The notes beneath the pieces are model-generated. The model did no database searches. It had not been told where the DNA came from and was given only the letters and a program-made list of their open reading frames with translations. 64,000 bases of DNA from an uncultured bacterium (lineage in GTDB: Bacteria > Patescibacteriota > Minisyncoccia > Phycocordibacterales > GWA1-40-21): positions 15,398 through 79,397 of the forward strand of contig CAILDB010000003.1 of NCBI GenBank assembly GCA_903832855.1. The letters are read 5' to 3'. A program made the position numbers and the translations under genes. Of this stretch, positions 28,716-38,374 are shown piece after piece (within the stretch, counting starts at the first letter, position 1; each line of letters opens with the position of its first letter).

Positions 28716-29754
28716 CTTCGTTTAATATTAGGACCTCTTCAAAACCATCTAGATTTTCTATAATAATTCCTGCACCACGAGCGACTGCTGTCAGGGGGTC
28801 TTGTGTCACATAAACAGGAATTTTTAAATAATCAAAAAGCAAAGTGTCTAAACCTTTTATGAGCGCACCACCGCCAATCAAATGAATTCCTCTAGACATA
28901 ACATCTGCCAAAATTTCCGGAGGGGTCGTTTCCAAAACCTCTTTCGTGGCTTCAAGCAAACTTTCAATGGACTGTGACATTGCTTCTCTAATATCTGAAT
29001 CAGTAATAATAACTTCCCTCGGCAAACCTGTAATTAAATCCCTTCCTTTAATAGATGCCTCCATCGGTTCACCGGGAACGACATTACCAACACTCATTTT
29101 AATAATTTCGGCAGTTTTTTCTCCAATCAAAATTTTAAATTCACTTCTGATATAAGAAATAATATCATTATTTAATTTATCTCCGGCTATTCGGACATTT
29201 TTTGACCTGACCACTCCAGAAAGAGAAATAACAGCAATATCCGTGGTACCTCCGCCAATATCAATAATCATATTCCCCACAGGGTCTTTTATCGGCAAAC
29301 GAATTCCGATAGCTCCGGCCATCGGTTGCTCTACAATGTATACTTCTCTTGCTCCAGCATTTTTTGTCGCATCCCGTACTGCGCGAATTTCAACATTTGT
29401 CACTCCGCTTGGCACACCGATGACAACTCTTGGCCCGAGCATTTTCGGTAAATATTCTTCAGCCCTTCTTAAAAGATGTGCAATCATTTCTTCTGTAATT
29501 TCAAAATCAGAAATCACGCCATCCACGAGGGGGCGCACAGCAACAATGTGAGCTGGCGTTCTGCCAAGCATTTCTTTTGCTTGCGTACCTACAGCCACCA
29601 CCCTACCGGTTTTTTGATTGAGTGCTACGACAGATGGCTCATTTATCACGATTCCTTTTCCAGCAATATAAACAAGCGTATTTGCAGTTCCCAAATCTAT
29701 TCCGATATCATTGGAAAGGTATTTTCTTACTTTTTTTTTCGTCTCTTCAAACAT
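28693..29754 (-). CDS. mreB: Rod shape-determining protein MreB
   Basis: IDLGTANT, EPSVVA, DIGGGTTD, GGGAL. Confidence 0.97.
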   Translation of the reverse strand: MFEETKKKVRKYLSNDIGIDLGTANTLVYIAGKGIVINEPSVVALNQKTGRVVAVGTQAKEMLGRTPAHIVAVRPLVDGVISDFEITEEMIAHLLRRAEEYLPKMLGPRVVIGVPSGVTNVEIRAVRDATKNAGAREVYIVEQPMAGAIGIRLPIKDPVGNMIIDIGGGTTDIAVISLSGVVRSKNVRIAGDKLNNDIISYIRSEFKILIGEKTAEIIKMSVGNVVPGEPMEASIKGRDLITGLPREVIITDSDIREAMSQSIESLLEATKEVLETTPPEILADVMSRGIHLIGGGALIKGLDTLLFDYLKIPVYVTQDPLTAVARGAGIIIENLDGFEEVLILNEDELPRKK

Positions 29755-29755
29755 T

Positions 29756-31012
29756 TTATTTATTCTTTTCTACGAATTCCAGAATGTCTTTCTCTTTCAC
29801 CATTTCTACTTTTCCACTCGCTCTATCCTTTACTTCAAAAACTCCTTCGGCTAAACCTTTCTCGCTCACCACAATCCTAAGTGGAATTCCAAGCAAATCC
29901 GAATCATTAAACTTTTCACCTGCACGAAGGTCGCGGTCGTCATAAAGCGTTTCTATGCCCATTTTTTCTAGCTTTTCATACAAATCTTTGGCCGATTTCT
30001 TAACCTTATCACTATCTCCGGAAATTTCAATGATGTGCACAGAAAATGGCGCAATAGCTTTTGGCCAGACCAAACCCTTGTCATCGGCAAAAACCTCCAC
30101 CACGGTTCCCATTACTCTACCCGGACCAATACCATAACACCCCATAAATACCGATAATTTTTCATTTTTCTCGTTCACATAATAAAGGCCTAGCGGTTCG
30201 GAAAATTTTGTTCCTAATGTAAAAATATTTCCAACTTCAGAAGCTTTCTTCTCTACTAATTTTGTATTTCCGCATTTAGGACATGCCGGCTGTTCCTTGA
30301 TAACTTCAGAATTTACTGCGATCATACATTTATCACAGCAATTAATAATATCCTCTCCAGCAGAAGTGACTGTCTGAAATTCGTGAGAATATTTTGAAAA
30401 ACTTCCTCCGGAAGCAAAAGTAATGTAGGTAATATCTCCAAGTCCAACTTTTTCAAAAACCTTTTTGTATGCTATTTTTGCTTTTTCATAAAAAATATTG
30501 TGTTCATTTTCATCCTTGGAAAAAGAATACAAATCTTTCATCAAAAATTCTCTACTACGCATTATTCCACTTTTTGCACGGGCTTCATTTCTAAATTTTG
30601 TTTGAATTTGGTATGGATAAGTCGGCAAGTCTCTGAAAGATCTGATATGATTTTTCATAAGAGCAGTAAGCGGTTCCTCGTGAGTAAAGGCAAGACCAAG
30701 TTCCGTATTATTTAAAAGTTTTGTCTTAAACCAAATGTCCATTTTTTGTGAATCCCATCTGTCAGTCGCTTTCCAAGGTGCACTATCTTGAAGAGCTGTG
30801 AGAAAAAGTTCTTGCCCACCAATTGCGTTCATTTCTTCCCTGATGATATTATTTATTTTATTTAAAACTCGTAAGCCAAGTGGTAAATAAGAGTAGACTC
30901 CCGCTATTTCTTTGTTTACATATCCGGCTCGTGTCAAAAGAATCGCATTTTTTGAAACCTCATCTTTTGGCCCATCCTTCCTTGTTTTTGTAAGTAATTT
31001 ACTTTGTAACAT
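29756..31012 (-). CDS. proS: Proline--tRNA ligase (short form, no editing insertion)
   Basis: GVYSYLPLG, THEE, FRNEARAKSGIMRSREFLMKDLYSF, MGCYGIG. Confidence 0.95.
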   Translation of the reverse strand: MLQSKLLTKTRKDGPKDEVSKNAILLTRAGYVNKEIAGVYSYLPLGLRVLNKINNIIREEMNAIGGQELFLTALQDSAPWKATDRWDSQKMDIWFKTKLLNNTELGLAFTHEEPLTALMKNHIRSFRDLPTYPYQIQTKFRNEARAKSGIMRSREFLMKDLYSFSKDENEHNIFYEKAKIAYKKVFEKVGLGDITYITFASGGSFSKYSHEFQTVTSAGEDIINCCDKCMIAVNSEVIKEQPACPKCGNTKLVEKKASEVGNIFTLGTKFSEPLGLYYVNEKNEKLSVFMGCYGIGPGRVMGTVVEVFADDKGLVWPKAIAPFSVHIIEISGDSDKVKKSAKDLYEKLEKMGIETLYDDRDLRAGEKFNDSDLLGIPLRIVVSEKGLAEGVFEVKDRASGKVEMVKEKDILEFVEKNK

Positions 31013-31128
31013 AATATGTGAATATTACATTAAAATTTAATAAAAACAAACACTTGACCTAAAATGATAAGTATGCTAGTTTAATTTAGGATAGAAGGTA
31101 CAACAACAACACTAAAAGGAGACTTGAT

Positions 31129-31461
31129 ATGCATGATCATCACAAATGGGCAAATCTGACATTTGCACGAATGCAAATAATGGAGAACATTATAGCGGTG
31201 ATATTCCTGTTTACAGGGATAATCCGTGAATATCATCTGGGCCATTTCGCCTACCATACGCATTCAAAGCTGGGACTTTTCTGTGACTATATGGAAAAAG
31301 TGGCAGAAAATGACGGGCTTTGGAACGCGCTTGAGAAAAAAAGAAAAAAACTGATGGGAGCGAAAAAACTCATCATTTACGAGATATCAGCGTTTAACAC
31401 CGTCTTCGCAAGGCAAAAGTTGAGAAGGGTTCTCAACCAATGCAAGACAAAACATCAGTGA
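31129..31461 (+). CDS. Hypothetical protein (stand-alone cassette)
   Basis: TTGACC 31054-17-TGcTAGTTT, AAAGGAG SD, terminator CCGCGCC..GGCGCGG-T run. Confidence 0.6.
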   Translation: MHDHHKWANLTFARMQIMENIIAVIFLFTGIIREYHLGHFAYHTHSKLGLFCDYMEKVAENDGLWNALEKKRKKLMGAKKLIIYEISAFNTVFARQKLRRVLNQCKTKHQ

Positions 31462-31511
31462 GATTCTGTTCTCACACCCGCGCCCCACAAGGCGCGGTTT
31501 TATTTTGCTGA

Positions 31512-32630
31512 TTACTTTATCAATCTACCAATATCCTTAAATGTCAAAACAATCATAAGTAAAATTAGAAGACCGAAGCCAATCGTATTTAAAATGTTTG
31601 CAATTATCGGTTTAATATTTTTTCTTGTTATTCCTTCAATCGCTACAAAAAGCACTCGCCCACCATCAAGCGCCGGAAAAGGCACAAGATTTATCATTCC
31701 AAGATTGATTGAGATGAGAGCGATGAATCCGAGAAAATATGAAAGGCCAAAATATTTTGCTTGACCTACCATTTCCGCAATTCCCACTGGCCCAGTCACT
31801 TGAGAAAAATCCGCCTTGCCTACTATCGCATTTTTTATCAAATCATAAATTCCAACGATTACTTTTCCTGAAGTTATGATAGTCGTTTTTCCTCCTTCAT
31901 AAAAAGAACGCAAAATTCCAAATTTAATGATGCCTACAGTATCCATTCCAATACCTATCACTCGCACTCCTCCGGAAATATCCGGAATGATATCAAGCTC
32001 AGTCTGTTTGCCACTTCTTTCATAAATAATTTTTACAGATGAGACAGAATCCTTCACAACTTTTTGGACTTCCGCGAGTGTCGGCACAGTAAAACTTTCC
32101 GTCCCATTTGAAATACTGGAAATTCTGTCACCAATTGTAATTCCTGCTTTTTCCGCAGGAGAATTTTTCATTACAGAAAGAACAATCGTAGAAATATTTG
32201 TTGCGACATTTTTGTATTCAGAGTCCACAGAGGAAATAAGTCCAACAGCAAAAGATGAAGAAATTAAAATCCATGCAAAAATTAAATTAAATAAAATTCC
32301 GGAAAGCAAAATCGCAACTTGTTTCCATTTTGAGACATTTACAAAACTTTTTCCTTTTCCGTCTTTGCGAGGAAGCTCCTGACGAAGCAATCCATCCGCT
32401 TCTTCTGTAACTCCGTCTTCCCCAAAAATCTTCACAAATCCCCCGAAAGGAATCGCCCCGATAGAATATTTCGTCCCCCCTTTCCCCCACGACAAAATCC
32501 TTGGTGGAAACCCCACACAAAATTCATCCACCCTCACCCCACACATTTTTGCCACTATGAAATGCCCCAGCTCGTGCACAAAAACAAGCATAGCGAGAAC
32601 CACGAGAAAAAGTATTATTGTTAGTATCAT
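31512..32630 (-). CDS. rseP: RIP metalloprotease RseP (M50) with PDZ domain
   Basis: HELGH, GGFVKIFGE, SPAEKAG, NLVPFPALDGG. Confidence 0.95.
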   Translation of the reverse strand: MILTIILFLVVLAMLVFVHELGHFIVAKMCGVRVDEFCVGFPPRILSWGKGGTKYSIGAIPFGGFVKIFGEDGVTEEADGLLRQELPRKDGKGKSFVNVSKWKQVAILLSGILFNLIFAWILISSSFAVGLISSVDSEYKNVATNISTIVLSVMKNSPAEKAGITIGDRISSISNGTESFTVPTLAEVQKVVKDSVSSVKIIYERSGKQTELDIIPDISGGVRVIGIGMDTVGIIKFGILRSFYEGGKTTIITSGKVIVGIYDLIKNAIVGKADFSQVTGPVGIAEMVGQAKYFGLSYFLGFIALISINLGMINLVPFPALDGGRVLFVAIEGITRKNIKPIIANILNTIGFGLLILLMIVLTFKDIGRLIK

Positions 32631-32645
32631 TTAGATATTCTATCA

Positions 32646-32717
32646 CCCCGTAGTGAATTTTGCCATCAGGTTTTCAGAAAAACCCAATGTTTTCAAATGG
32701 CAAAATCTACTACAGGG
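32646..32717. mobile_element. MITE-like CCCCGTAGT element with TATCA duplication
   Basis: TATCA-CCCCGTAGTGAATTTTGCCAT...ATGGCAAAATCTACTACAGGG-TATCA. Confidence 0.7.
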
Positions 32718-32734
32718 TATCAAAAAAACTGAAA

Positions 32735-33286
32735 CTACAAAGAAACCTCTTTCTCTTTTTTTGCCAAAGTTGCTTCTAGATTTTTGTTGCCTTCGTCAAT
32801 TGTTTTTTGCATTTCGTCTTTCAAACGGAATTTGTCGTCCTCACCCATTCCGCCAAGTTTTTCTCGGGCTTGAATTTCATTCCAAATCACATCTCGAATA
32901 CCTCGCAATGAAACCTTTGCATCTTCCATTTTTGATTTGGCGGTCTTCAAAAGAAGTGTGCGTCTGTCTGCGGTAAGTTCTGGAAAAGAAACTCTCACGC
33001 CTTTGTCATCTGCCGTGACTGACACGCCAAGATCTGAAACCAAAATTGCTTTTTCTATTTCTTTTGTCTGACCTTTGTCCCAAGGAGAAATACGAAGAGA
33101 GCGAGCATCTTCAATATTTACACTTGCCATTTGATTGATAGGCATTTTCTGGCCGTACACTTCTACTAGCACTCCATCAAGAAGCGCTGGACTCGCCATC
33201 CCCGTCCTAATACTCAAAAATTCTTTTTTCAACCATTCCTCCACACCCTTCACTTCATCCTTCAATTTTTTAAAATCGTATAACAT
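32735..33286 (-). CDS. frr: Ribosome recycling factor
   Basis: IRTGMASPALLD, ISPWDK, PELTADRR, AKKEKEV. Confidence 0.96.
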   Translation of the reverse strand: MLYDFKKLKDEVKGVEEWLKKEFLSIRTGMASPALLDGVLVEVYGQKMPINQMASVNIEDARSLRISPWDKGQTKEIEKAILVSDLGVSVTADDKGVRVSFPELTADRRTLLLKTAKSKMEDAKVSLRGIRDVIWNEIQAREKLGGMGEDDKFRLKDEMQKTIDEGNKNLEATLAKKEKEVSL

Positions 33287-33418
33287 CCCGATAGTAAAAT
33301 TTCAAATTGTTTTTATATTTATGAAAACTTTTTGAAATTTTTATTATTTTTAATAATATTTCGACACATTTAGCATGACCTATAGTAAAAACAAAATGAT
33401 TTGAAATTTACTACGGGA
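33287..33418. mobile_element. MITE-like CCCGTAGT element abutting frr ATG
   Basis: Reverse complement aligns with 38495-38632; ends ACTATCGGG-ATG on - strand. Confidence 0.65.
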
Positions 33419-33525
33419 CAAGTCCTGATAAATTTTCTTCACTTAATATTATCACGAAAAGAGTAAAAGAAAAAGGGCTCGCTGTCATGATGACTAGCGA
33501 GCCCGGTACCGGCAGAAATGCCACA

Positions 33526-33936
33526 CTACTTGATTGGGCTTTGGGAGGTGAGGATTTTGTCGTAAATGCACTCGCCTCCAGTCGGGTTTTTGAACTCAAC
33601 AAACTTCCTCACAACGATGTATATTCCACCGTTTGTAACCAAGTTGTCGCCTGCCAAACTAAAAAGTCTGGGCGGGCAAATTATTGCAGGAATACCAGGT
33701 GCCTTGAGAAAGGCGTAACGCCTGTCCGAAACCATGATGATTCCCACAACCTCGTTAGTAGTACCTACCACGAGGTTCTCGTTGTAGTTCGGATAGCCGA
33801 GGGCTTCGGCTTTTCCAAAAGCTCTACCAGAATCAAAACCCTTAAGAGGCAGTAAGAATCCAATAGCAATCAAAACTACAATTACTACGACGAGCATTAT
33901 CAATCCAATCGCCGTAATTCCACTTTTCATTTTCAT
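33526..33936 (-). CDS. Hypothetical protein with pilin-like N-terminal hydrophobic segment
   Basis: MKMKSG|ITAIGLIMLVVVIVVLIAIG; AAGGAG SD; terminator GGGCTCGCT..AGCGAGCCC ~33475-33504. Confidence 0.6.
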   Translation of the reverse strand: MKMKSGITAIGLIMLVVVIVVLIAIGFLLPLKGFDSGRAFGKAEALGYPNYNENLVVGTTNEVVGIIMVSDRRYAFLKAPGIPAIICPPRLFSLAGDNLVTNGGIYIVVRKFVEFKNPTGGECIYDKILTSQSPIK

Positions 33937-34034
33937 AAAGAACTTCTCCTTATTTTCTATTTAGTTCGTCTGAAGGACCGCCTTCAGATTCTGAATTTAC
34001 TATATCAAGAACATCCTTAAGAGTAAAGCTCGCC

Positions 34035-34059
34035 AATGGCAAGGTCTGACCTTGCCATT
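34035..34059. repeat. Perfect palindrome AATGGCAAGGTCTGACCTTGCCATT (REP-like)
   Basis: 11-bp stem, 3-nt loop downstream of holB. Confidence 0.55.
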
Positions 34060-34064
34060 AAATT

Positions 34065-34778
34065 TTAAATAATTAAAGCGAGATGTTCTAGGAGGATTTT
34101 GAGAGATGGAGCGGGGTCACTTGCATATGAACGACATTTTTCTAGTTCCTCAAGAATGAAAAGTTCTTTGGGAGTGGCTTGAGAGATTTGAGTTTTTTTG
34201 TAAAATTCTGATTCCAAGGAATTGAGAAAATTAATTGCTTGAATTCGGCTTTCTTTTTCGTCGGAGATATCGTCAAGCAAGTCCTTGATTAGTTTGAGAC
34301 GCTCGCCGAGATTTGATGAAAGAAAATCCTTTGGGTTAATTTGGGAATCAGCGGTGGCGGATGATTTTTGCGAGCCCAGATCAGGGCTCACAAAAATCAT
34401 CCTTGACTTGAGCGTCGGCAAAAGATTCCCCGCCGAAGGTGAGATAAGAAAAAAACAAGTTCCGCCAGATGGTTCTTCAAACATTTTGAGCATTGCGTTT
34501 TGTGCTTGTTCGGTAATAAAATTTGCATAAATTACAGAAATTCGTAAATCGCCCATCGTCGGCTTTTGAAAATGATTATCTTTTATCATTCTTCCAGACT
34601 CCACATTTAATGTATCAAATTCCGCAAACCAAAAATCCGGATTGCCTTGCGTCTTAAATCCAATTTCTTTTTCAACAAAATCAAAAACCTGCTTTTTCAC
34701 TTCCTCACCGGAAGCATTTATGCAATAAGCGTGGTGCAACTTGCCAGTTTTTTTATAAAAATCTTTTAACTGTTTCAT
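34065..34778 (-). CDS. holB: DNA polymerase III delta' subunit (short)
   Basis: LHHAYCI, NPDF, AQNAMLKMFEEP, LLPTLKSR. Confidence 0.85.
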   Translation of the reverse strand: MKQLKDFYKKTGKLHHAYCINASGEEVKKQVFDFVEKEIGFKTQGNPDFWFAEFDTLNVESGRMIKDNHFQKPTMGDLRISVIYANFITEQAQNAMLKMFEEPSGGTCFFLISPSAGNLLPTLKSRMIFVSPDLGSQKSSATADSQINPKDFLSSNLGERLKLIKDLLDDISDEKESRIQAINFLNSLESEFYKKTQISQATPKELFILEELEKCRSYASDPAPSLKILLEHLALII

Positions 34779-34812
34779 CTTGGTAATATTACCACATCTG
34801 TCTCATAATTTC

Positions 34813-34926
34813 TGTCATTCCCGTGCATACGGGAATCCATCCCCTCCGTCTTTGCGAGGGTATTCCCGAAGCAACCTAGTTCTGATTCTCTAGATTGCCA
34901 CGTCGGAAACCTCCTCGCAATGACAG
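34813..34926. repeat. Cluster of dRS3-like and RPE-like palindromes
   Basis: GTC-ATTCCC-N8-GGGAAT-CC (34817-34836), CCGTCTTTGCGAGG..CGAAGCAA, GATTGCCACG..CCTCGCAATGAC. Confidence 0.75.
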
Positions 34927-34997
34927 ACAAAAAAAAGAGCCCCGACCAGAGCGTCGGGCTCTTTGTCGGGGATCACTTCCAATAATCACGATAACTC

Positions 34998-35183
34998 TCA
35001 ATACCGATACTCGCGTATTGCCGAGTTATCACAATCAAGGCACTTACGCCGACTTCGCACGACTCTCCCCAACCTCATCGGATGTGTGCCTCTTCTGCTT
35101 GATGGCAACGAACCCGTGCGCCATCTTACATTAATACACTTTTCACATAGTGCCATTCGTCTTACCTTGACCTTTTTAGCCAT
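34998..35183 (-). CDS. Small basic Zn-ribbon protein (61 aa), possibly bL33-like
   Basis: MAKKVKVRRMALCEKC...HPMRL...KCLDC; AAAGGAG SD before ATG 35183; terminator GAGCCCGAC..GTCGGGCTC. Confidence 0.6.
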   Translation of the reverse strand: MAKKVKVRRMALCEKCINVRWRTGSLPSSRRGTHPMRLGRVVRSRRKCLDCDNSAIREYRY

Positions 35184-35241
35184 AAGAACACTCCTTTCTT
35201 TTCTCCTAAAAAATACTAGCACAATCAAGTCATAGCAACAA

Positions 35242-35420
35242 GCGAATGAGTGTTGCCATATTTCAGTGTCCGCAGGCGAGCTTGCAAGGCGCGATGTGGT
35301 GTAATTTTGTTGAGCGTAATCGCGAGACAAAACTATACCAACAGCGCAAGCCGCCGAGGATTAGGAAATTTTCCGGCTGGGGAAAATTTCTGCACTGAAA
35401 TATGGCAATACGAATGAGCC
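35242..35420 (+). repeat. Branched structured repeat family 2, copy 1
   Basis: ~160-bp core nearly identical to 40956-41115 with compensatory changes. Confidence 0.88.
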
Positions 35421-35421
35421 T

Positions 35422-36435
35422 CTATCTCTTCGCAATAATAGATTTCTTGTAAACATCCAAATGTTCCAGAGCAATTCCTGTACCTTTTGCCACACAGTAA
35501 AGCGGATCTTTTGCCACGACGGCTTTCACACCAGTTCTGCGAAAAACGAGCTCCGCCATATTGCGAAGCATTGATGAACCGCCTGTCAAAATAATTCCCC
35601 TGTCAATAATATCTGCAGAAAGTTCCGGTGGCGTCTCTTGCAAAACATCTTTTATCGCTTTTATCATATCTCGAAGCTCGCGTGAAATTGCTTTTACAAT
35701 TTCATTTGTTTTTATTTCTGTTGAACGAGGAAGTCCTGTCAGAAAATCGCGTCCTTTGATAGTCAGCGAAAGTTCTTCTTCCATCGGCACAGCACTTCCA
35801 ATTTTTATTTTAATTTCTTCAGCAGTTTTATCTCCAATTGCAAGATTGAAAGTTTTTTTAATATAATCGGCAATAGCAGCATCAATTTTATTTCCAGCAC
35901 ATTTCACGGAAGTTGAAGAAACAATTCCTCCAAGAGAAATCACCGCCACATCTGTCGTCCCTCCGCCAATATCCACCACCATATTTCCCATCGGTTCGTA
36001 AATTGGAATTCCTGCGCCGATAGCAGCGAGAATCGGCTCTTTGACAACATAAGCATTTTTGGCTCCTGCTTTTATTGCAGCTTCTATCACCGCGCGTCTT
36101 TCTGTGGAAGTCACACCAGCTGGAACAGAAATCATAACTTCTGGTTTAAAAATATTCCATTTGCCGAGTGCTTTGTTTATAAAATATTTGAGCATTGCTT
36201 CCGTCACGCGATAATCAGCGATAACTCCGTCTTTCATCGGTCTGTAAGCGATAATGCTATCTGGCGTTTTTCCAATCATTTTTTTTGCTTCTTCACCGAC
36301 GGCGAGAATTTTGTTGTCTTGTTCAGAAACCGCAACCACAGATGGCTCAAAGAGAACCACACCTTTCCCCGGCAAAAAAACGAGAGTGCTCGTTGTTCCT
36401 AAGTCAATTCCAATTTTTCTGATAAAAAATGACAT
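35422..36435 (-). CDS. mreB: Second MreB/Mbl paralog
   Basis: IDLGTTST, EPSVVA, VDIGGGTTD, LTGGSSML. Confidence 0.93.
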   Translation of the reverse strand: MSFFIRKIGIDLGTTSTLVFLPGKGVVLFEPSVVAVSEQDNKILAVGEEAKKMIGKTPDSIIAYRPMKDGVIADYRVTEAMLKYFINKALGKWNIFKPEVMISVPAGVTSTERRAVIEAAIKAGAKNAYVVKEPILAAIGAGIPIYEPMGNMVVDIGGGTTDVAVISLGGIVSSTSVKCAGNKIDAAIADYIKKTFNLAIGDKTAEEIKIKIGSAVPMEEELSLTIKGRDFLTGLPRSTEIKTNEIVKAISRELRDMIKAIKDVLQETPPELSADIIDRGIILTGGSSMLRNMAELVFRRTGVKAVVAKDPLYCVAKGTGIALEHLDVYKKSIIAKR

Positions 36436-36492
36436 ATTCACTTCAATATATCACTTCTTATTTTTTTTACAATCTTATGTTATACTCGCCGT

Positions 36493-37788
36493 ATGAATTT
36501 ACAAATTGAAGGCGGAAGAAAACTTCACGGTACAATAGTCACAAAAACATCAAAAAATGGAGCGATGGGAATTATTTGTGCTTCCCTTTTAAACAAAGGC
36601 AAAACGATAATAAAAAATGTTCCTAAAATTGAAGAGGTTTTCAGAATGATTGAAGTTTTGGAAAGCATCGGCGTGGCAATCAAATGGAACGAAAATGATC
36701 TTGAAATTGAACCCAAGAAACTTGACCTGAAAAAAATTAACAAGGAATCTGCCGAAAAAACCAGAAGCGTCATAATGCTCATCGGCCCGCTTATGCACTT
36801 TTTCAAGAAGTTTTCATTGCCACAGTCCGGTGGTTGCAAACTCGGCGCCCGCACTCTCACTCCGCACTTTTTTGCCCTTGAGAATTACGGCCTAAAAATT
36901 GAAACGAAATCAAAAAGCTATGAAATTACTGCTAAGAAACTCAAACCCGCTGAATTCGCCCTTTACGAATCCGGCGACACTGTCACAGAAAATGCAATAA
37001 TGGGAGCCGTACTTATCCCCGGGAAAACCGTCATCAAATTCGCCTCTCCAAACTATATGGTTCAGGACCTTTGTTTTTTCCTACAAGATTTGGGAGTAAA
37101 AATTGAAGGTGTTGGCACAAGCACACTTGTAATTTACGGACAAAAAGAAATTAATAAAAATATTACATATTGTCTCGGCGAAGATCCGATTGACTCAATG
37201 TTTTTCATCTCTTCTGCCATCCTCACCAATTCCACAATTGAAATAAAAAGATGCCCGATTGATTTTCTTGAAATTGAACTTCTTAAACTCAAAAAAATGG
37301 GCTTCAAATACAAACTTTCAAAAACTTACAAAGGACTAAACGGCAGAATAAATTTGGTTGATATAAAAACATTTCCTTCCAAGCTCACTGCACTCGCCGA
37401 TAAAATAGAAGCCCATCCATACCCCGGAATGAATATAGACAACCTTCCATTTTTTGTTGTTATCGCGACACAAGCAAAAGGTCAAACTTTGATTCACGAT
37501 TGGGTTTATGAAAAACGCGCGATTCATTATAAAGAATTGGACAAGCTCGGTGCCGACACCATACTCGCCGACCAACACAGATTTTATGTAAATGGAAAAA
37601 CAGAGCTTAAACCCGCAGAAGTTATTTGCCCACCAGCTCTAAGGCCCGCCGCCATCATCCTCATCGGGATGCTTTCTGCAAAAGGCACATCCATTTTACG
37701 AAATGTTTACAGCATCAATCGCGGGTATGAAGAAATATCAAAACGACTTAATTCTATTAGAGCAAAAATAAAAGTTTTTAGAGAATAG
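36493..37788 (+). CDS. murA: UDP-N-acetylglucosamine 1-carboxyvinyltransferase
   Basis: SKNGA, GGCKLGAR (catalytic Cys), VTENAIM, INRGYE. Confidence 0.93.
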   Translation: MNLQIEGGRKLHGTIVTKTSKNGAMGIICASLLNKGKTIIKNVPKIEEVFRMIEVLESIGVAIKWNENDLEIEPKKLDLKKINKESAEKTRSVIMLIGPLMHFFKKFSLPQSGGCKLGARTLTPHFFALENYGLKIETKSKSYEITAKKLKPAEFALYESGDTVTENAIMGAVLIPGKTVIKFASPNYMVQDLCFFLQDLGVKIEGVGTSTLVIYGQKEINKNITYCLGEDPIDSMFFISSAILTNSTIEIKRCPIDFLEIELLKLKKMGFKYKLSKTYKGLNGRINLVDIKTFPSKLTALADKIEAHPYPGMNIDNLPFFVVIATQAKGQTLIHDWVYEKRAIHYKELDKLGADTILADQHRFYVNGKTELKPAEVICPPALRPAAIILIGMLSAKGTSILRNVYSINRGYEEISKRLNSIRAKIKVFRE

Positions 37789-37796
37789 TTCTCCTC

Positions 37797-37821
37797 TGTC
37801 ATTCCTGCGTAGGCAGGAATC
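37797..37821. repeat. dRS3-like palindrome
   Basis: TGTC-ATTCCT-GCGTAGGC-AGGAAT-C. Confidence 0.7.
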
Positions 37822-37859
37822 AAGAATAAAAGGTACCTGACCCCATTATCCCCTAAATA

Positions 37860-38276
37860 CTAATCACCATTGCCCTCTACATGATAACAAAACGCCTTAA
37901 AACGTTTTCCTCCCTCATGAAACTTGTTAAGTCCTGTAGGAACTTCGGAAGGATCAACACTAAGAATACCATCTTTGTCCTTTACTATTTTATAAGCAGA
38001 AACATGATATGTCCAAAAGATATCACCAACAGAAAAATGATGTCCGCCACTTTTACTATCCTCAGCCACAATCTTTTGTAATACCTGTAGGTTTGGAAGA
38101 TTCCAGTAACTATAGCCACCGGGTGCAATTTTACCAGTATCCTTAAACGTATAATGATTTAATTTCATTTGCAGGTCATTAGCTTCTTCCCAAGACAAAT
38201 CATCGTATACAGTCGACAATTTTAATTTAGGAGCAACTTCAATATTTTCTGTCTGTGCCAATATTTTTTCTTTCAT
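37860..38276 (-). CDS. DUF1566/Lcl-like (CLec-type) domain protein
   Basis: LSWEEA...GGYSYWNLPNLQVL...IFWT resembles WxxA..GYxDWRLPxxxEL..YWS pattern. Confidence 0.55.
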   Translation of the reverse strand: MKEKILAQTENIEVAPKLKLSTVYDDLSWEEANDLQMKLNHYTFKDTGKIAPGGYSYWNLPNLQVLQKIVAEDSKSGGHHFSVGDIFWTYHVSAYKIVKDKDGILSVDPSEVPTGLNKFHEGGKRFKAFCYHVEGNGD

Positions 38277-38314
38277 ATTTTTATAAAATTTTATTTATTA
38301 ATTTCGACAACTTC

Positions 38315-38349
38315 ATTCTACTCTCTCTCTCTCTCTCTCTCTCTTGCAA
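38315..38349 (-). promoter_or_regulatory. Promoter with (GA)n spacer: TTGCAA-23 nt-TAGAAT
   Basis: (CT)12 at 38321-38344 fills the spacer between -35 and -10. Confidence 0.65.
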
Positions 38350-38374
38350 GTTCGGGTTTGTGGACAACTTCTCT

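Noticed and set aside
35184-35330. N-terminal extension of tracked ORF 34998-35330
   Set aside because: Extension lies in repeat and promoter DNA; SD supports ATG 35183
35243-35418. CGAATGAG as an 8-bp target-site duplication
   Set aside because: Better explained as symmetric tandem G-A mismatch arms; copy 2 shows the same GA pattern with different flanks
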